Positions 1 to 31,886 of a stretch of 64,000 nucleotides of DNA are shown piece by piece. Every line of letters begins with the position of its first letter. Positions within the stretch are counted from its first letter, which is position 1. The position numbers and the translations under genes are program-made. Source of the DNA: Amoebidium appalachense (lineage: Eukaryota; Protista; Ichthyosporea); assembly GCA_963693365.1 (NCBI GenBank), contig CAVNZM010000018.1:303361-367360 (forward strand), given 5' to 3'. The notes under the pieces were generated by a model. It worked only from the letters and a program-made list of their open reading frames with translations, made no database searches and was not told where the DNA came from.

Positions 1-94
1 ACACACACCATCTTCCCCTACCTGCCCCCCCCCCACTCACATTCCCTCTCTCCCCCTCCCCTGCCCCCCCCCACATACACACACGCACACACAG

Positions 95-6597
<6,503 letters not shown>

Positions 6598-7089
6598 TGT
6601 TTTATTATTATTTATTTTTCTTTTATTTGTCTATTTATTTATTTATTTATTTATTTGTTTGTTTGTTTAGTGGTGTGTGTGTGTGTTAACATGATCAATA
6701 ATGAGGATAAAGATGAGGATGACACACTGCTGGACTTGTAGTGCTTTCTGGTTTGTTTGTTTTGTTTTATTTATTGTTATTATTATTACTTTGCCTGTTT
6801 ATGTAAATGAGGAGGGTGTGTGTGTGGGGGGGGGGGGGGGGAGGGGGGGGGGGGGGGGGGTTCCTATTGCTTTTACTGGTTGGCCTTCTTTATGGTTGTC
6901 TTTTTTTTTTTTTTTGGTCCGTGAAGTACAAGGCGTAAAGTGCAAGGGCAAGAACAAAAAGACAAACCGGCAACTCTTAACAGGGGTCGGGACGGAGGTT
7001 ACGCATGATTATTTTTGTTTGGTTTTTTGTTTTTGTTTTTGTTTTTTGTTTCTGTTTTTTTTGTGGGTGGGTGGGTGAGTGGGTGGGAA

Positions 7090-7134
<45 letters not shown>

Positions 7135-7792
7135 ACAAAACCATGGACAGAATGCACCATCGCAGTATTTGAGACAGGAAGTAGTGAACGAAAACATGCA
7201 ACGTTTATTGTAAGACACGAATGAGGTTGTTCGCTTGGCATGCATTTTCGCATATCCTACACAGGGTTTACCCCGTTTTGTGCCTGTCTTTTCCCATATC
7301 AAAAGCCCTGCTACCTACTTGGGGTGGGGTTAACGTCTTGGTATCAAATTTCAGTGCCCGTTATTCAAATTCAAACCAGATTGCTTTTTATTCCATTTAA
7401 TGCTCCATTTTTCACCCCTTTGAGTGTTGTAGTTTTGATGAGTATATCTACCGCAGCTATGGCTGTAAGTTGTCTTTGAGCATCAGCTGGCTCTGGTGTA
7501 TTAGATATCTATTTTTGAAATCTTCAAATTGCACTGAGATATATTTCATTTGAGTTATATCTGCAATACTACTTTTACTTCCTGAGTGACAAATTGAACA
7601 TAAAATTCCGGTTCCATTGTTCACAGGTCAACATGCACACGTATGCACGTAGGGTTGCACCCATACACAAATAAGCATATGCGCAAGCACACACGTGTAT
7701 ACACACACACCAACACCACCACCACCAACCCACCAGCATTTTTCCAATCCGCTCAAAACTGTACCGACACCGCAAAATGCACGATTTTTACA

Positions 7793-7848
<56 letters not shown>

Positions 7849-8219
7849 AAAAAAAAAAAAAAAAAAACATGTTATTCACAAATACTTTTGCTAGTCGTAC
7901 ATACAAAGTTTACTTCTGCATCATACCCCTACACAGTTACTTTACTATAGTCTGCATTCCCGTTCCATCAAATCCTCGTATCTATTCACTATCCTACCGT
8001 ACATGACAAATGATAAACATGCCAATAATGATCTTGTTCATCAACCCCAACAGGCCGTATTGGTCACAAACATTTCGACTACATATGTAATTTGGAGCTT
8101 AAATACCCAGCCGGACATCATACAAACTTTTAAATAATTGCTTGTATAACACGGGCTGTATATGGCATGTACATATCGACCAATTATAACGTTACATACG
8201 TTTGGTCGACAAATTTCAG

Positions 8220-8365
8220 CATATTGTGTGCATGAGTGTCCTGTTTCTACCCATTTCTACTGTGTGCACGAGTGCGCTATTTCTACCCATTTCTACTGTG
8301 TGCATGTGCGCTCTGTTTCTACCCATTTCTACTGTGTGCAGGAGTGCTCTGTTTCTACACACTGC
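8220..8365. repeat. 36-bp minisatellite, about 4 copies, downstream of the SPO11 stop
   Basis: Unit approx. TACTGTGTGCAYGAGTGCKCTRTTTCTACCCATTTC repeated in tandem. Confidence 0.85.
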
Positions 8366-8480
8366 CCATATCTGGTCGGTTGAGTGCAAGCCATACACGT
8401 CAGTGAACATACCACAGCACCTACTGAATACAGTTACTACATCCTTTTGCCCAAAAAGTATCAACAGGAATCACACTTTT

Positions 8481-8761
8481 TTACGTGCTCACTATGGCTT
8501 GCAGTGTGCCGAACTTATCGGGGAAGTACACATCGACCAGCATGAACAGAGACACAGCACACAGCGCCTCGACCTCGACCTTGTAGCCCCCATCGACCAT
8601 CCCCTGCACCTCACGATAGTACTGCCCAACGGGTCCCCATGTTAGTTGTCGCCACCAATTATCATGCCTCGTTTATGTTAAAACCCCCCCTTTCCCTCAA
8701 CTCCAACCACCTTTCCATGGCTTCTCATGGTTCCGGGAGTTCTACACCCCCCCCCCCCCCT

Positions 8762-8819
<58 letters not shown>

Positions 8820-8877
8820 GACCACCTCCCGGCGCTGGCCGTGCTTTTCGAAGGCATATGGTTAGCTACATCCCCCC

Positions 8878-8908
<31 letters not shown>

Positions 8909-9709
8909 AAAAAAAAAAAAAAAACCAACAACAATTCCAAGCGTAAATTGCATTCTGCCCCAATCTGCGTGCGATACCGGCCGGGTTGAAGCTGAAGAAA
9001 ATCTTAACATCCCCTCCCTCCCCCCCTCCCCCCCCTCCTCCCCCCCCCCTTCCCCCCCCCCCCTCCCCCCCCCCCCCCCTCCCCAGCCCTCACCCCCAAC
9101 ACCCCCAACTATCCCAACTAACCCCACCCGCACCCGCACCCCCACCACCACCTGGTCTACCAGCTCACACACTCATGCAGAAGCCATCATTACCACTTCC
9201 TTTCAGCCAACCTCTTGCCATCCAACAATACAAACCAAATTCTGATCGGTTTATGTCTCAACTCAACACCACATCCCGAGTCGAACCCACTCACCCTTCC
9301 ATTTATCTGCTGGCGCTATTCACCCGTGCTCTGTACACCCATTTAACTCAAAACTGTTAAATAAGCTTAGCATCACCGAAATTCGTGCTGGGACATTGAA
9401 AGACAACCATAACACCTGATATCATCTCCCCACCGTGACAACACACTTTCTTCCTAGCATCCCCCTTCCACCACCCACCTCATTCTCTGTGCGCATAAAC
9501 GGCAATCTTAGAATACTTTCTGCTCTGTTCTTGTCTCGTGGTGTCAGTGGAATCCGGCACTCTTTGGGTATACCGTACCTGTCCGAGGAAGGGGAGGAGG
9601 GGGGGGGGGGGGGGGGGGGGGAGGGGGGGGGAGGGGGGGGGGGAGGGGGGGGGGGGGGAGGGGGTTAGTTAGCTGAATTTTTACCCAGTGATACCATACT
9701 CACTTGTTT

Positions 9710-9781
<72 letters not shown>

Positions 9782-11494
9782 CCCTAACAAACACACCCCA
9801 GCCAAACACACACACACCGAAAGCACATATCCTTCTGTCGAAGCCAATCTAATGTCATACACACCGGAATAATCTATTGCCGTATATGGGTCCTTTCAAC
9901 ACTAGAAGCCAATCAGAAATTGCCCTTTTCCATCTCGGCCATGGCATATCACTCCTGCCTTCTTCCCCTGGCTACACACAACTTAACACAAAGTAGTTCT
10001 CGTCAACTCATGTAATTTCAGCAGCCCAAAATATGTCAATATGTGTCGTGAGTATACAGATGGAAAAGCGAGTTCTAGAATCTGATCTTGTTTGCTTTTT
10101 TGTTCTCCGTGGGGCAGGCTGACTGGATGGGGGGGAAGGAGGGGGGGATGGGGGGGGGGAGAAAAAACATTGAAAAGTGGAATGGGGAATGCGGGGGGTT
10201 GAGGGGAGGGGGAGGGGGGGAGGGGGGAGGGGGGGGGGGGGGGGCACACCTTATCATGTCGGAGCTGCGAATGCCAACCCAATTGACAACCGACGGAGGG
10301 ATGCCAACCTGCTCGTGCGCTAGACCCTGAATGTGGGTGGGGTGCCGTTAGGGTGTGTGCTGCGTGAGGTGGTTTCTACATATAAGCAGCCAGGGGGGGG
10401 GGGGGGGGTGTAAGGGGCAATAATGTGTGTATGTGTGTGTGTGGGGGGGGGGGGGGGGGGGGGGGGGGACCGGGGAGGGAGGGGAAGGGTTTATGGGGAT
10501 TTACTTGTTTTCCGAACAGAATATGAGGACCTTGAAATGCAAAAGGTAGATAAGGGGTATTGTTGGAATGATTACTCATGTGCGGAAGGGATAAAGGAGT
10601 GTAAACCAGGCAGGTGAAGGTGTGTGTGGTGTGTGTGGTGTGTCTGTGTATGGTTGTGTGTGTGCGTGCGCACACGTGAGAGTGTGTGTGTGTATGTGTG
10701 TGGTTGTGTGTGTGTGTGTGTCCGTGTGTGTGTGTGTGTATGTGCGTGTGTGTGTGTGCGCGCGTGGGGGAGACACTCTGAGAACAAGCAGCGACTGAGG
10801 GGAATGGTGGGTGGGTGGCGGGGGGAGGAGGGGGGAGAAAGAGATAATGAGATTGGGGGATGGAGGGAGGGAGGGAGGAGAAGTGCTGGGGAGAGGGGGG
10901 TGGGGGAGGAGGATGGAGCGAGAGATCATGGGGTTGATGCAGGGAAAACTACACACCCTTGAGCCATACTTGTACGTGAGCATAATCTCCACACCGTAGG
11001 GGTCATAGTCACATAGCACGTGCACGGGCACATGCAGGTGCTGCCACACCAGACGAAGGAAACTACGTGTGGCAAGATCGGGGTAGCCCTTACCCTGAAA
11101 AAAGGGTGGTGGAGGTGGTTAGAAGGGGTCAAGGAGTGGGGGGGGAGGGAGGGGGAAGGAGAGAGGACGGGAGGAACGAAGGGGGGGGGGGGGGGGGGAG
11201 GAGGGGGAGAGCACGGAAAGTGGGAGACGGTGAAGGGAGGAAAGGGAATGTATGTGTGGATACGAGATGGGGTTTCTTTTTTTTGGGGGGGGGAGGGGGG
11301 AGGGGGGGGGGGGGGGGGGGGGGGGGGGCAGGGGGACGAGGGGGTAAGAGGTGAAGGAGTGGAGAGGGAAGGCGGGGAGCGGGGTAGAGGAGGTGCGGGA
11401 TGGAGGAAGAAAATGGGAAACAGTGAAGGGCGGGAAAGGACTGTGTGTGTGTATGAATGGGTGGGTGGGTGGTGGTATTGGTGGTGGTGGTGGT

Positions 11495-11544
<50 letters not shown>

Positions 11545-14028
11545 GGGAGGGGAGGGGAGAAGACAATGGAGGCCAATATGGGAGGGGTGCAAGGATGGCA
11601 TAAGAGGGGCTGATGTCTGTAGGCGGTTAGTGGGTGCTTGAAGTGTTTTTGTTCCTTTTTTCTTACAATGAGACATGGTGATAGGGAATATGAGGGGGGA
11701 AAGGGGTGGGGAGGATGGGGTAGGAAGGAGGGCGGAGGGGGGAGGGGACGGGGGGCTCTGGAACAGGTATGTGGTGGTGCATCCGAACTTTAATTTCATA
11801 CAGTCATCATTTCAAACATTCGGTTCTCCCCCCCCCCCCCCCCTTTTCCCCCCTTGCCCCATTCCACCGTTTCCCCCTCAACCAGGCCCCCTCCCCTCCC
11901 TCTCCCAACCCCCCCCCCCCCTCCAACCACCACCAACACCACAAGCCTATACGGACCTCCCCCCCAAGCCCCCCAACACCCCCCCTCCCCCCCCTCCACA
12001 AAAAAAAAAAAAAAAAAAATAAGAAAAAAAAAAACGTGCTTTCTTCACAAGTAACCCACATGGTCCACTCACTGTGATCAGAAGGGCGGGGAATCTTTCA
12101 GTGAAGCCGCTGTCCGTAAGATGACGAAAGACCGTCTCCTTCTCGACCACAACTACAAACTGGGCACTGGACCTGATTCCTGCTCGTGCAAAGGGTCAGG
12201 TCATGCATGAATCTTGTTAGCACGTTCACGATGGTTTGTGGGTGTGGTATGGTGAGTGTGTGTGCGGGTGTGTGTTGTACGCATGGTGTTTGGGGTTTGA
12301 ATTGGTGAGGGAGAGAACTCCGAAATAGGAAGCGGGCAAAAGAATTCAGGGGGAGTGGGGTTGGGGGAGGGGTGGGGGAAGAGGGGGGATAGGGCTCGGA
12401 GCGGAGTGAGGATTGGGATTGGAGAGAGGAGGGGAGAGGGGGGGAAGAGGGGGGGAAGGGGGAGGAGGGGGGGGGGGGGGGAGGGGAGGGAGCGGAGAGA
12501 ATGGGGTTGTTGTTGCGCACGTGTGTTTCGAGGTGTGGGAGAGCAATATGATGAGGGGTGCCGTTGATGGTGGACGTTTGTGTGTGGTTTGCGTAAAAGG
12601 AGGGGGTATGGGCATGGGGAGAAGGAAGAAGGGGGGGGGGGAGGGGGGGGGGGGGGAGGAGGGTCGAGGAGGTTCAGGCGATCAAGAAGGTTTGGCGCGT
12701 ATCATAAGGATGTGTGTTTTATAAAACGGCCTGTTTCAGTATTTAAAAAAGGAAACACTTGAGTTCAAATAGGAGTTTCAAAGAGAAGTGCAAAAACTTT
12801 AAGGTGGTGTATGTGGTCTGAAACGTGCGAATTATAGGAGGGTTACACGTTGAAACTTCGGGGGTGTATTCACACGCAACTTTGTACGTCGGTGGGAATT
12901 GTGTGGTTGTTATAGGCAAATGTTATGCGTTTTCAAAAGCTGTTATCGATAAGTGCCAAGAAAGATAAGTGTGTGTGTGTATGATCAAGGGGGAATGGGG
13001 ACAGGGAAAAGGGGAAGCTGGCTGGGGGGGGGGGGGGGGGGGGGGGGGGGAGGGGGGAGGGGGGGGGGGACGAGATCAGGAAGTGTTTTGAATGGAACAG
13101 ATATTACCTTGTAGCTCCCGGGTGTCGACGGGAATCAACATGCCCTATTGGTGAATATTTGCAGCGAGATGCCTGGAATTACACTTTTGCAATAGACTTC
13201 CATTCGGAATAGTCACTAGATTTATTATTTTCCCAGTTATAGGCGTCGCTACACAACACTGTCCTTATTCTTCCAATCGGTATTGTGCTTTAAATTGGCA
13301 AACGGTGGCACACACAGCAGCCAATCCGAAATGATTCTGTTATGTATAGAACAACACCCCACGTGACACCTTCAAATGTGCAACAAATCGTACAAAATCC
13401 ATTTACCCTGCTTCTGTTGATCTAAAAGGCGATGGAAAAACAAGACGGTATCAAAACGGTCGAAAGCAAACAATAACAAAAATTCGTTTGTAGGCATTTT
13501 AAAGATGAAATATATATGGAATGGAAAGTAGGTCACTTACAGATGAGCCGAAGATCTGCTCTGTTCCGTCCTTCATTACGAGGGTAAGATCTCCGCACAC
13601 AAGACCCTTTGGTGAGGCCACCTGTAGTATTATCTCGTTAAAACTTTAAAAATGGTCATGATATTCGGTTTGTATTGCATTCTTCCTCTCCCCCTTACTC
13701 TCTGCTCCACGAGCCCTAGGGCCAGATAGGAAAAAACCTGAATACCAGTTTATAAAAAAAGCTCCAGAACGGTCGGTGATCTGCGTACTGACACCTGACA
13801 TCAACTCTAAAAAGGGCATTGTCTCTTGCTGCCCCCTCTCCCACCGTCCGCGTTCTCTTACCTCATTACCCCCCCCCCCCTCCCTCCCTCCCCCCAAGTC
13901 TGCCCTGACTTGGGGCTGCTACCGCCTGGAAAATTAGAGTTATGGGAAGGAAAAACAACCCCCCCTAACCTCCCCCCTCCCCCCCCCCCCCCAAAACCCC
14001 CTCCCCTCCCAAAACAACAACAACAACA

Positions 14029-14072
<44 letters not shown>

Positions 14073-15233
14073 TCCGCCTCGACCAATTTGATCATATTCG
14101 CTCTACTTCTCCCTGCAAGGCGAAAGTGTCTGCCGAACAGTGTGCACATGGAGCCATGCATGCACGTGTATATGCAAGCATGCACGTGTACCAGCATGCA
14201 TGAAGACACGTGTGCAACTATGAATGCAAATGAATAAGCATCCATACACTTGCACAAGCATACTACACGTGCACAAGCATACTACACGTGCACAAGCATA
14301 CTACACGTGCACAAGCATACTACACGTGCACAAGCGTGCATACACACGCATTCACCGTGACGCACACATCCACGTGCATAGGCATGCATCCGCGTGCACA
14401 CGCACGCACACTCACAGTGCACCTGCATGCACGCATATGCGTGCACAAGCACGAATGCACATGCACAAGAACTCATGCACGTGCACACACATGCACACAC
14501 TGGCAAGTGCACATGCATGCATGCCCTTGCACGTACCACACCCAGGCCGATTCTTGTTGTGCCCAGGAGGGCACTCAGGTCATCCACAGCCACATCAACC
14601 ACACTCTGCCGCCCAAATAAGGCAACATCGCCATAGTACAGGTCTCTGTGCACGTGCATGGTTGGCATGAGCAACGGTAGGTGTGCTTGCAGGGGGTCTG
14701 AAACGTCCGCGGCCCTGACCCGCTGCATACCCTCCCCTATCCCCTCCCCATCCTGCCATCCAATTCGTTTCATTGATTTCCAGCAACCCACATGCATATT
14801 GCTGTTATTCCCTCACCTCCCCCCCCCCCCCCCCCCTCCCCCCTCCTCTCCCATCATCCCCATCCCCATCCCCATCCCCCACTTGCAGGCAAGAGAGAGA
14901 GGGAGAGAGAGTGGGAACGATCTTCGGCAGGAGATCATGGCCGGTGTACCGGTGAAGGGAGAGAGAGAATGAAACTTAGCACTTGAAAAATTGACAGGGG
15001 GAGGGTGGGGGGAGTACATGGGATGAAAGAGGGTAGGGGGAGGGGGGGAGGGGGGGGGGGGTTCTATGGTTAAAAAATACGAGAAATATACTCTTCTGAG
15101 CGTCTACCCTAGACACCCATGGCCACCCCACTCAACCCATGACCCTCCCCTCTCTCTCTCTCTCTCTACCCCCCCCCCCCCTCTCCCTCCCTCTCTCTCT
15201 CTCTCTCCCCCCCCCCCCCCCTTCCCTCGCAAC

Positions 15234-15318
<85 letters not shown>

Positions 15319-16669
15319 CCCCCCCCCCCCCCCCCCCCTCCACCCTCCTTTCTCTGCAGCTACAATTGGCTACATATCAACCGCATTTCCTCTGGATAAA
15401 GGCAAGGTAGTCTACTAGGAACCATTTCAAAAAACATGTGTGCAGGGCATCACCTTTTTGTGGTGATGATGTTTCTCTGCACCAGCCGGTATATGTGCTT
15501 GAGCAGGCGAAGAAGCACGGCTAGCCTCCTGCCTGTGCGCTCGGCTGAAAAACGAACTGTGGTTGTCGTTTGCTCTCTGTCGTTGTTTGTGCGGTAGCCC
15601 ATGTCTTCACTCACCCTGTGTCCAGAAACGAAACAATTGTGGGCATGAAAATTGCCAGGTGGTAGCGTGATTGAGACTATGTCGGGTGTTTGGCAAACTA
15701 TTTTTAACAGTGTTTGTGGTGTGGCAGTGTGTTTTGTGCATGCGCGTGTGCGCGTGTGCGTGTGTGGGCATGTGTGCGTGTGTGCCAGTGCACGTGCGTG
15801 CTTGTGTCACCAATATATTGAGTGCCTGTTATGATTGTGCTGCATGCACACATGCCATTGAAGTGTTATAACCCCCTTTAGTTCACAAGTAACTGCTGGT
15901 GGTAACCCCACCTAAAAGGATGAAGAGGCACATAGGAAGCTGAATTGCCTTTCCAGCTCTTTTGCATTTGCTTGTTTCTTGTGATCCGAAAAGAAAATAC
16001 TTGATACGACAGGGGTTCTGGCCATGAAGCAGGCACATTCGCATGTTTGTGTCAGACTTTCGAAGCTCACAAAATACATAATATGCGTAATATTTACAGC
16101 AAGTGATAGAAACTCAGAAGGGAGAAGAAGCTGAACCGAACAGCGCAAGCTGATCTGGGCAACGAGAACAACACGAAAACGCTAACCCTTTTGCAGTATA
16201 GTCAAACAACAACCGTTTGAAAACAACCAAAATTTAAACAACAATAAAAAACAGATAGCTAAACAAGACGCAATGAAAAGTGCCAATTTTGCCAACACAT
16301 GAGCTCAACACATGATCTCACGTTACTCCCTCTTCATTCCTTCTCTAGTTACTCCCTATTCATTCTTTCTCTCGTTACTCCCTCTTCATACTTTCTCTCG
16401 TTACTCCCTCTTCACTCTTTCTCTCGTTACTCCCTCTTAATTCTTTCCCTCGTTACTCCCTCTTCATACTTTCCCTTGTTACCCTTTCATACGTACTTTC
16501 CAGCCTTGAATGAATAATATACTCACCAGACATTATCCCAGCTGGTGCGGTTTGGCAACGCCAAGCTCGGCCCCTGGAAAGCTTTCCCAGTTGAATGGGC
16601 GTGTAGAATATCATCCAAAAACTTCGCTACAAGGCCCTCTATGGCTCTTAAAACACCCTCCCTGTCCAT
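8481..16669 (-). CDS. SPO11: Meiotic recombination protein SPO11 (topoisomerase VI subunit A family)
   Basis: Minus-strand exons 16669-16527, 15615-15454, 14645-14537, 13621-13541, 13144-13108, 12179-12073, 11094-10957, 10326-10250, 9578-9479, 8621-8481 (ten segments including the 37-nt micro-exon), all GT-AG and phase-compatible. Motifs: [17 protein letters not shown] (catalytic Tyr), [39 protein letters not shown] (TOPRIM DxD), YKYGS, KVEVEAL. Ends in TAA. Confidence 0.95.
16320..16490. repeat. 26-bp minisatellite in SPO11 intron 1
   Basis: Unit approx. CTCGTTACTCCCTCTTCATACTTTCT, about 6 copies. Confidence 0.8.
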
Positions 16670-17225
16670 GTTTGTTTCGTTTTTACGTTTGTTTCTCTGG
16701 GAAGTTGACGTGTGAGGGAGGAAGGGAAGCTATGATTTTACGTTCGAAACGAAACTGAAATAGAAAATGCTAACTGGCAACTTTTTCCAGACATGTCGCC
16801 ATCATAGATTTAACATTACCTGAAAAACGACGATATCTCAGTAGAGATGTGGTGGTGACGACATTTGAGGAAGAAACAACACTATGTCAGACATTATATC
16901 ATGGAACAGGAGACAACGTGTAAGTACTAGTACTATAGTTAATGTTAAATATCACAGTCCGGCATCGTACTCTATATCTATATATATTGATGTTAAAACA
17001 CTACGGCTTTCGAAACCCCCTTGTACGGTAACTACGAGCACTGCCAGTAGCTCCCGTGACGCCATTTCGGCATGCGTGCATGTGACCAGACGTGACTAGT
17101 ACTGTTACAGTGACCAGTCTTCGGATACAAAAAACTTTCAAAAAGTTTGAACGAAAATTCGCCATATTTTAGAGTCTTGGGAACGATTGGGAGGGGGAGG
17201 GTGGAGAGGGTGAGGAGGAGGGGAA

Positions 17226-17264
<39 letters not shown>

Positions 17265-17343
17265 GGGGGGGGAGGGAGGGAGAGGCTGGATGAAGTTTCA
17301 TAAACTTCTACGACACATTGCCAACCGCAACTGTCCAGTGTGG

Positions 17344-17968
17344 TGACGTCATTGGGGAATATTTCCCGCCAAAATACCAAATGCGTGCTTTGATTGGCTC
17401 CAAACTTTTGAAGCAGAGGCTCATGTAGGCAACCGCAGGTTTCCTAGAGTTACCGTATATCTCTGCGAAAGCTATTGCAAAATGCGAAATTAGAGACAGA
17501 TATTATTTTTAGAGCTTGACTGTGAATCGTCTTATGTTATCGCGTCAGCTAGGCAACATTGATGACGAGGCCACACACCTTTACATCAAGGCCTCCTAAA
17601 TAGCACACCGGTGTGCTATTTAGGAGGCCTTGCTTTACATGCCTGACCATCGCCCATGTGCCCACGCACGAACCATTGGGCAGCTGAAGATTGGCTCAAT
17701 ATCACGAGAGTACTTTACTATACACGTGCACCAGCCATATGTATTTATCCTTGTACAGCCTTATATTTACCTGTTTAAACCGTTAAATATTCGTACAATA
17801 ACATTATATAATAATTATAACACATTTTATGGGAAAGTTGGAGTTTTTATGAGTTATTTGAGCATCGGTTTGGAGCATTCTTCTAGAAGCGGCTTCCGCA
17901 GTGGCAGTTTGCTTCCGTCACCTTCTTCATAGTGATTGGTCAAATAGCGCGCCAAATTCGTTACGTAA
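17344..17968. promoter_or_regulatory. Putative bidirectional SPO11/CTPS promoter elements
   Basis: TGACGTCA (17344-17351), E2F-type TTTCCCGCCAAAA (17362-17374), TGATTGG (17391-17397 and near 17933), GCGCGCCAAA (17947-17956) and TTACGTAA (17961-17968), in the 1.9-kb gap between the divergent start codons. Confidence 0.45.
17587..17632. mobile_element. 46-bp perfect palindrome with 8-bp target-site duplication (minimal hAT-like TIR-only element)
   Basis: CAAGGCCTCCTAAATAGCACACC|GGTGTGCTATTTAGGAGGCCTTG flanked by CTTTACAT on both sides (17579-17586, 17633-17640). Confidence 0.8.
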
Positions 17969-18566
17969 TGATACAAAGCAACACGCGCGCCGGAACCTGT
18001 TCAGATATCTCAGGAGAGGAACGAGACATATTTGACTTACACTTCTTCTTTTACTATTACATCACTAAGCGGTATGTCATTGGTTGCCTTTTGAGGTTTC
18101 TAGATACACAGGCACCATGTGAATGTTGTCTCAGAGACCTTCTGCATGAAGAGCTCTTCTTGCAAACCCATTTTTAGTTCTGAGCTTCCAGCACACATCT
18201 GCAAAAGAGAACCAATGGAATGATTAGTTATACGTTTGTAGGAGACAGGCTTCCGCGCAAAGAAAAGAACAGATGGGATTTGATCGAATGAAATGTGAGG
18301 CCAGAATGGGAAAGGTTGAGGGCCGTGTAGGAGGGAAGAGCAGACTATATGTGCGTGTGGGAGACGGGGCGAGGGTCAGTGGCCGGGAAGAGGGGGTAAA
18401 GTATGGTATTGGTGGCGACTTGAGGGGGGGTTTGGGGGTTTTTTTTGGGCGGTGGGAAAGGGGAGGGAGAATATAAAGGGAACTCTCTGGTGCGAACAGC
18501 ATAGCTCGCGAGCGTCATTTTTGTATGCACACGGTACCTGACCATTATTTGGCACACGCAGGCACC

Positions 18567-30038
<11,472 letters not shown>

Positions 30039-30853
30039 ACTATCCAATGTATATCTCCTGAATTTCACAACTTGCGCTCATCTGATGTATCACCGCTCTC
30101 GATTTATCTCTAGTAGAGGTATGTTGTTCGTTTATGGATATGACTGTGAAATTTGTTGAACTTGAAATTCTTTTGACTGCATAGGAGGCGAATCACGCGT
30201 TGTCGTTAACTGAATCGGAGATCCAGTCCAATCCGATTAGTGATCATACCGGTTGTGTGATCGCGATTGTTGTTTTTGGGGGGGAATCACAACATGGGGC
30301 GTCAGGTGCAATCAATCGGCGCGACTCTAGTAGATGTGTAGTAGCAGCTCGCCTGTTTCTTGCAGTTACCTTATATGGCTAATCCGATCGAACCGGATTC
30401 GATCTTGACCAATAATAAATAGGGTGTGCTTGGGTTTTTCGTAACACGTGCGTGTGGTTTTAGAATAGTTGCGTCAGGCGTGAATAGGTGTCTGACAGAA
30501 AGCTCGTTTTATGGCAGTGTTACTTTGTAGGTGTCGTAATTATTTTGGTTAGTTTCTGTTCTTTCGTTCCTTTTTGTTTTTGAGTGGCATATGCGGATTC
30601 GTATTTCTCAACGAGGTATTAAAAACAAATTTTCAAAATTTCATACAGTAAAACCCACGAGCAATGCTGCTCTACCATGTGTGTGCCGTAAAAGCATCCT
30701 GTAGCACAACAACATCTACTGCAAAACTAGAAAACTAACGGATCAATGTCACAGTGTGTGACATCCGTAATGTGGATTTAATGTCCATATCAGTTCCTGG
30801 TGTCACATACATGCGAACATTCCGGAACCCTCCCCCCCACCCCCTTCCCCACC

Positions 30854-30910
<57 letters not shown>

Positions 30911-31241
30911 CTACTCCCTCCCTACATGCGCGCATGCACGCGCACACGTGTGAAAGTTCGCGAGAAGCTAGAGAAAGAGAAAGGGGGGGGGAGATATGGG
31001 GGGGGGGGGGGGGGGGGGATTGGCGAGAATTAATGAGAGAGAGAGAACGAGGGTTAGAGAGGGGAGCTGAGAGAGAGAGAGAGAGAGAGAGTATGGGAGA
31101 GAAGAGGAGGGGGGTGGGGGGGAGAGAGAGAGAGAGAAAGAGAGAGAGAGGTGGTGGTGGTTGGGTGGTGTTTGTGTGCGAGTATGTATGTGTGTGTGTC
31201 TGTGTGTGTGTGGGTGGGTGGGTGGGTGGGTGGGTGGGTGT

Positions 31242-31300
<59 letters not shown>

Positions 31301-31303
<3 letters not shown>

Positions 31304-31775
31304 GGACCTGTTTTTCCATCGAGTTTCACAAGATTCACAGCATTTATTGAGTCATATCAGGTCCACGTTCAGATTGTTGCTTCTTAGACTAATACCTACC
31401 TATATATATATATACACACACACTACTAAATGTTGACATATGTGTGTCGGGGGGGGAGAGGACCTGTTTTTCCATCGAGTTTCACAAGTTTCACAGCATT
31501 TATTGAGTCATATCATGTCCACGTTCAAATTGTTTCTTCTAATACCTACCTATAAATATAAATGATGCATCCGAAATGTACTCAGATCGGAGTACTTAGC
31601 GGCCATTGTCGGGGGGGATAGGACCTGTTTTTCCATCGAGTTTCACAAGTTTCACAGCAATTATTGAGTCATATCAAGTCCACGTTCAAATTGTTGCTTC
31701 TAATACCTACCTATATATATATATATACTATACATGTATATATACACTACTAAATGTTGTTGACATATGTGTGTC
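31301..31775 (-). repeat. 3'-UTR/poly(A)-signal repeat unit (3 copies here; also 35300-36575 x4, about 41240 x1, 45556-46000 x2)
   Basis: Unit GGACCTGTTTTTCCATCGAGTTTCACAAGTTTCACAGCATTTATTGAGTCATATC... contains AATAAA on the sense strand of the adjacent precursor gene. Confidence 0.75.
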
Positions 31776-31886
31776 GTTATACACGGTAGCAACTGGATAT
31801 TAATGATTTGTACAGAACACCCATAATAGTAACAAAAACAAGTCACTGAAATGCACCCGCACTCGCACACGTATGCACAGCACACG

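Noticed and set aside
16955-17065. Upstream ATG (MASRELLAVL) as SPO11 first exon
   Set aside because: The frame hits a stop and no clear phase-compatible junction to 16669 was found. The ATG at 16669 already gives a typical SPO11 N-terminus.
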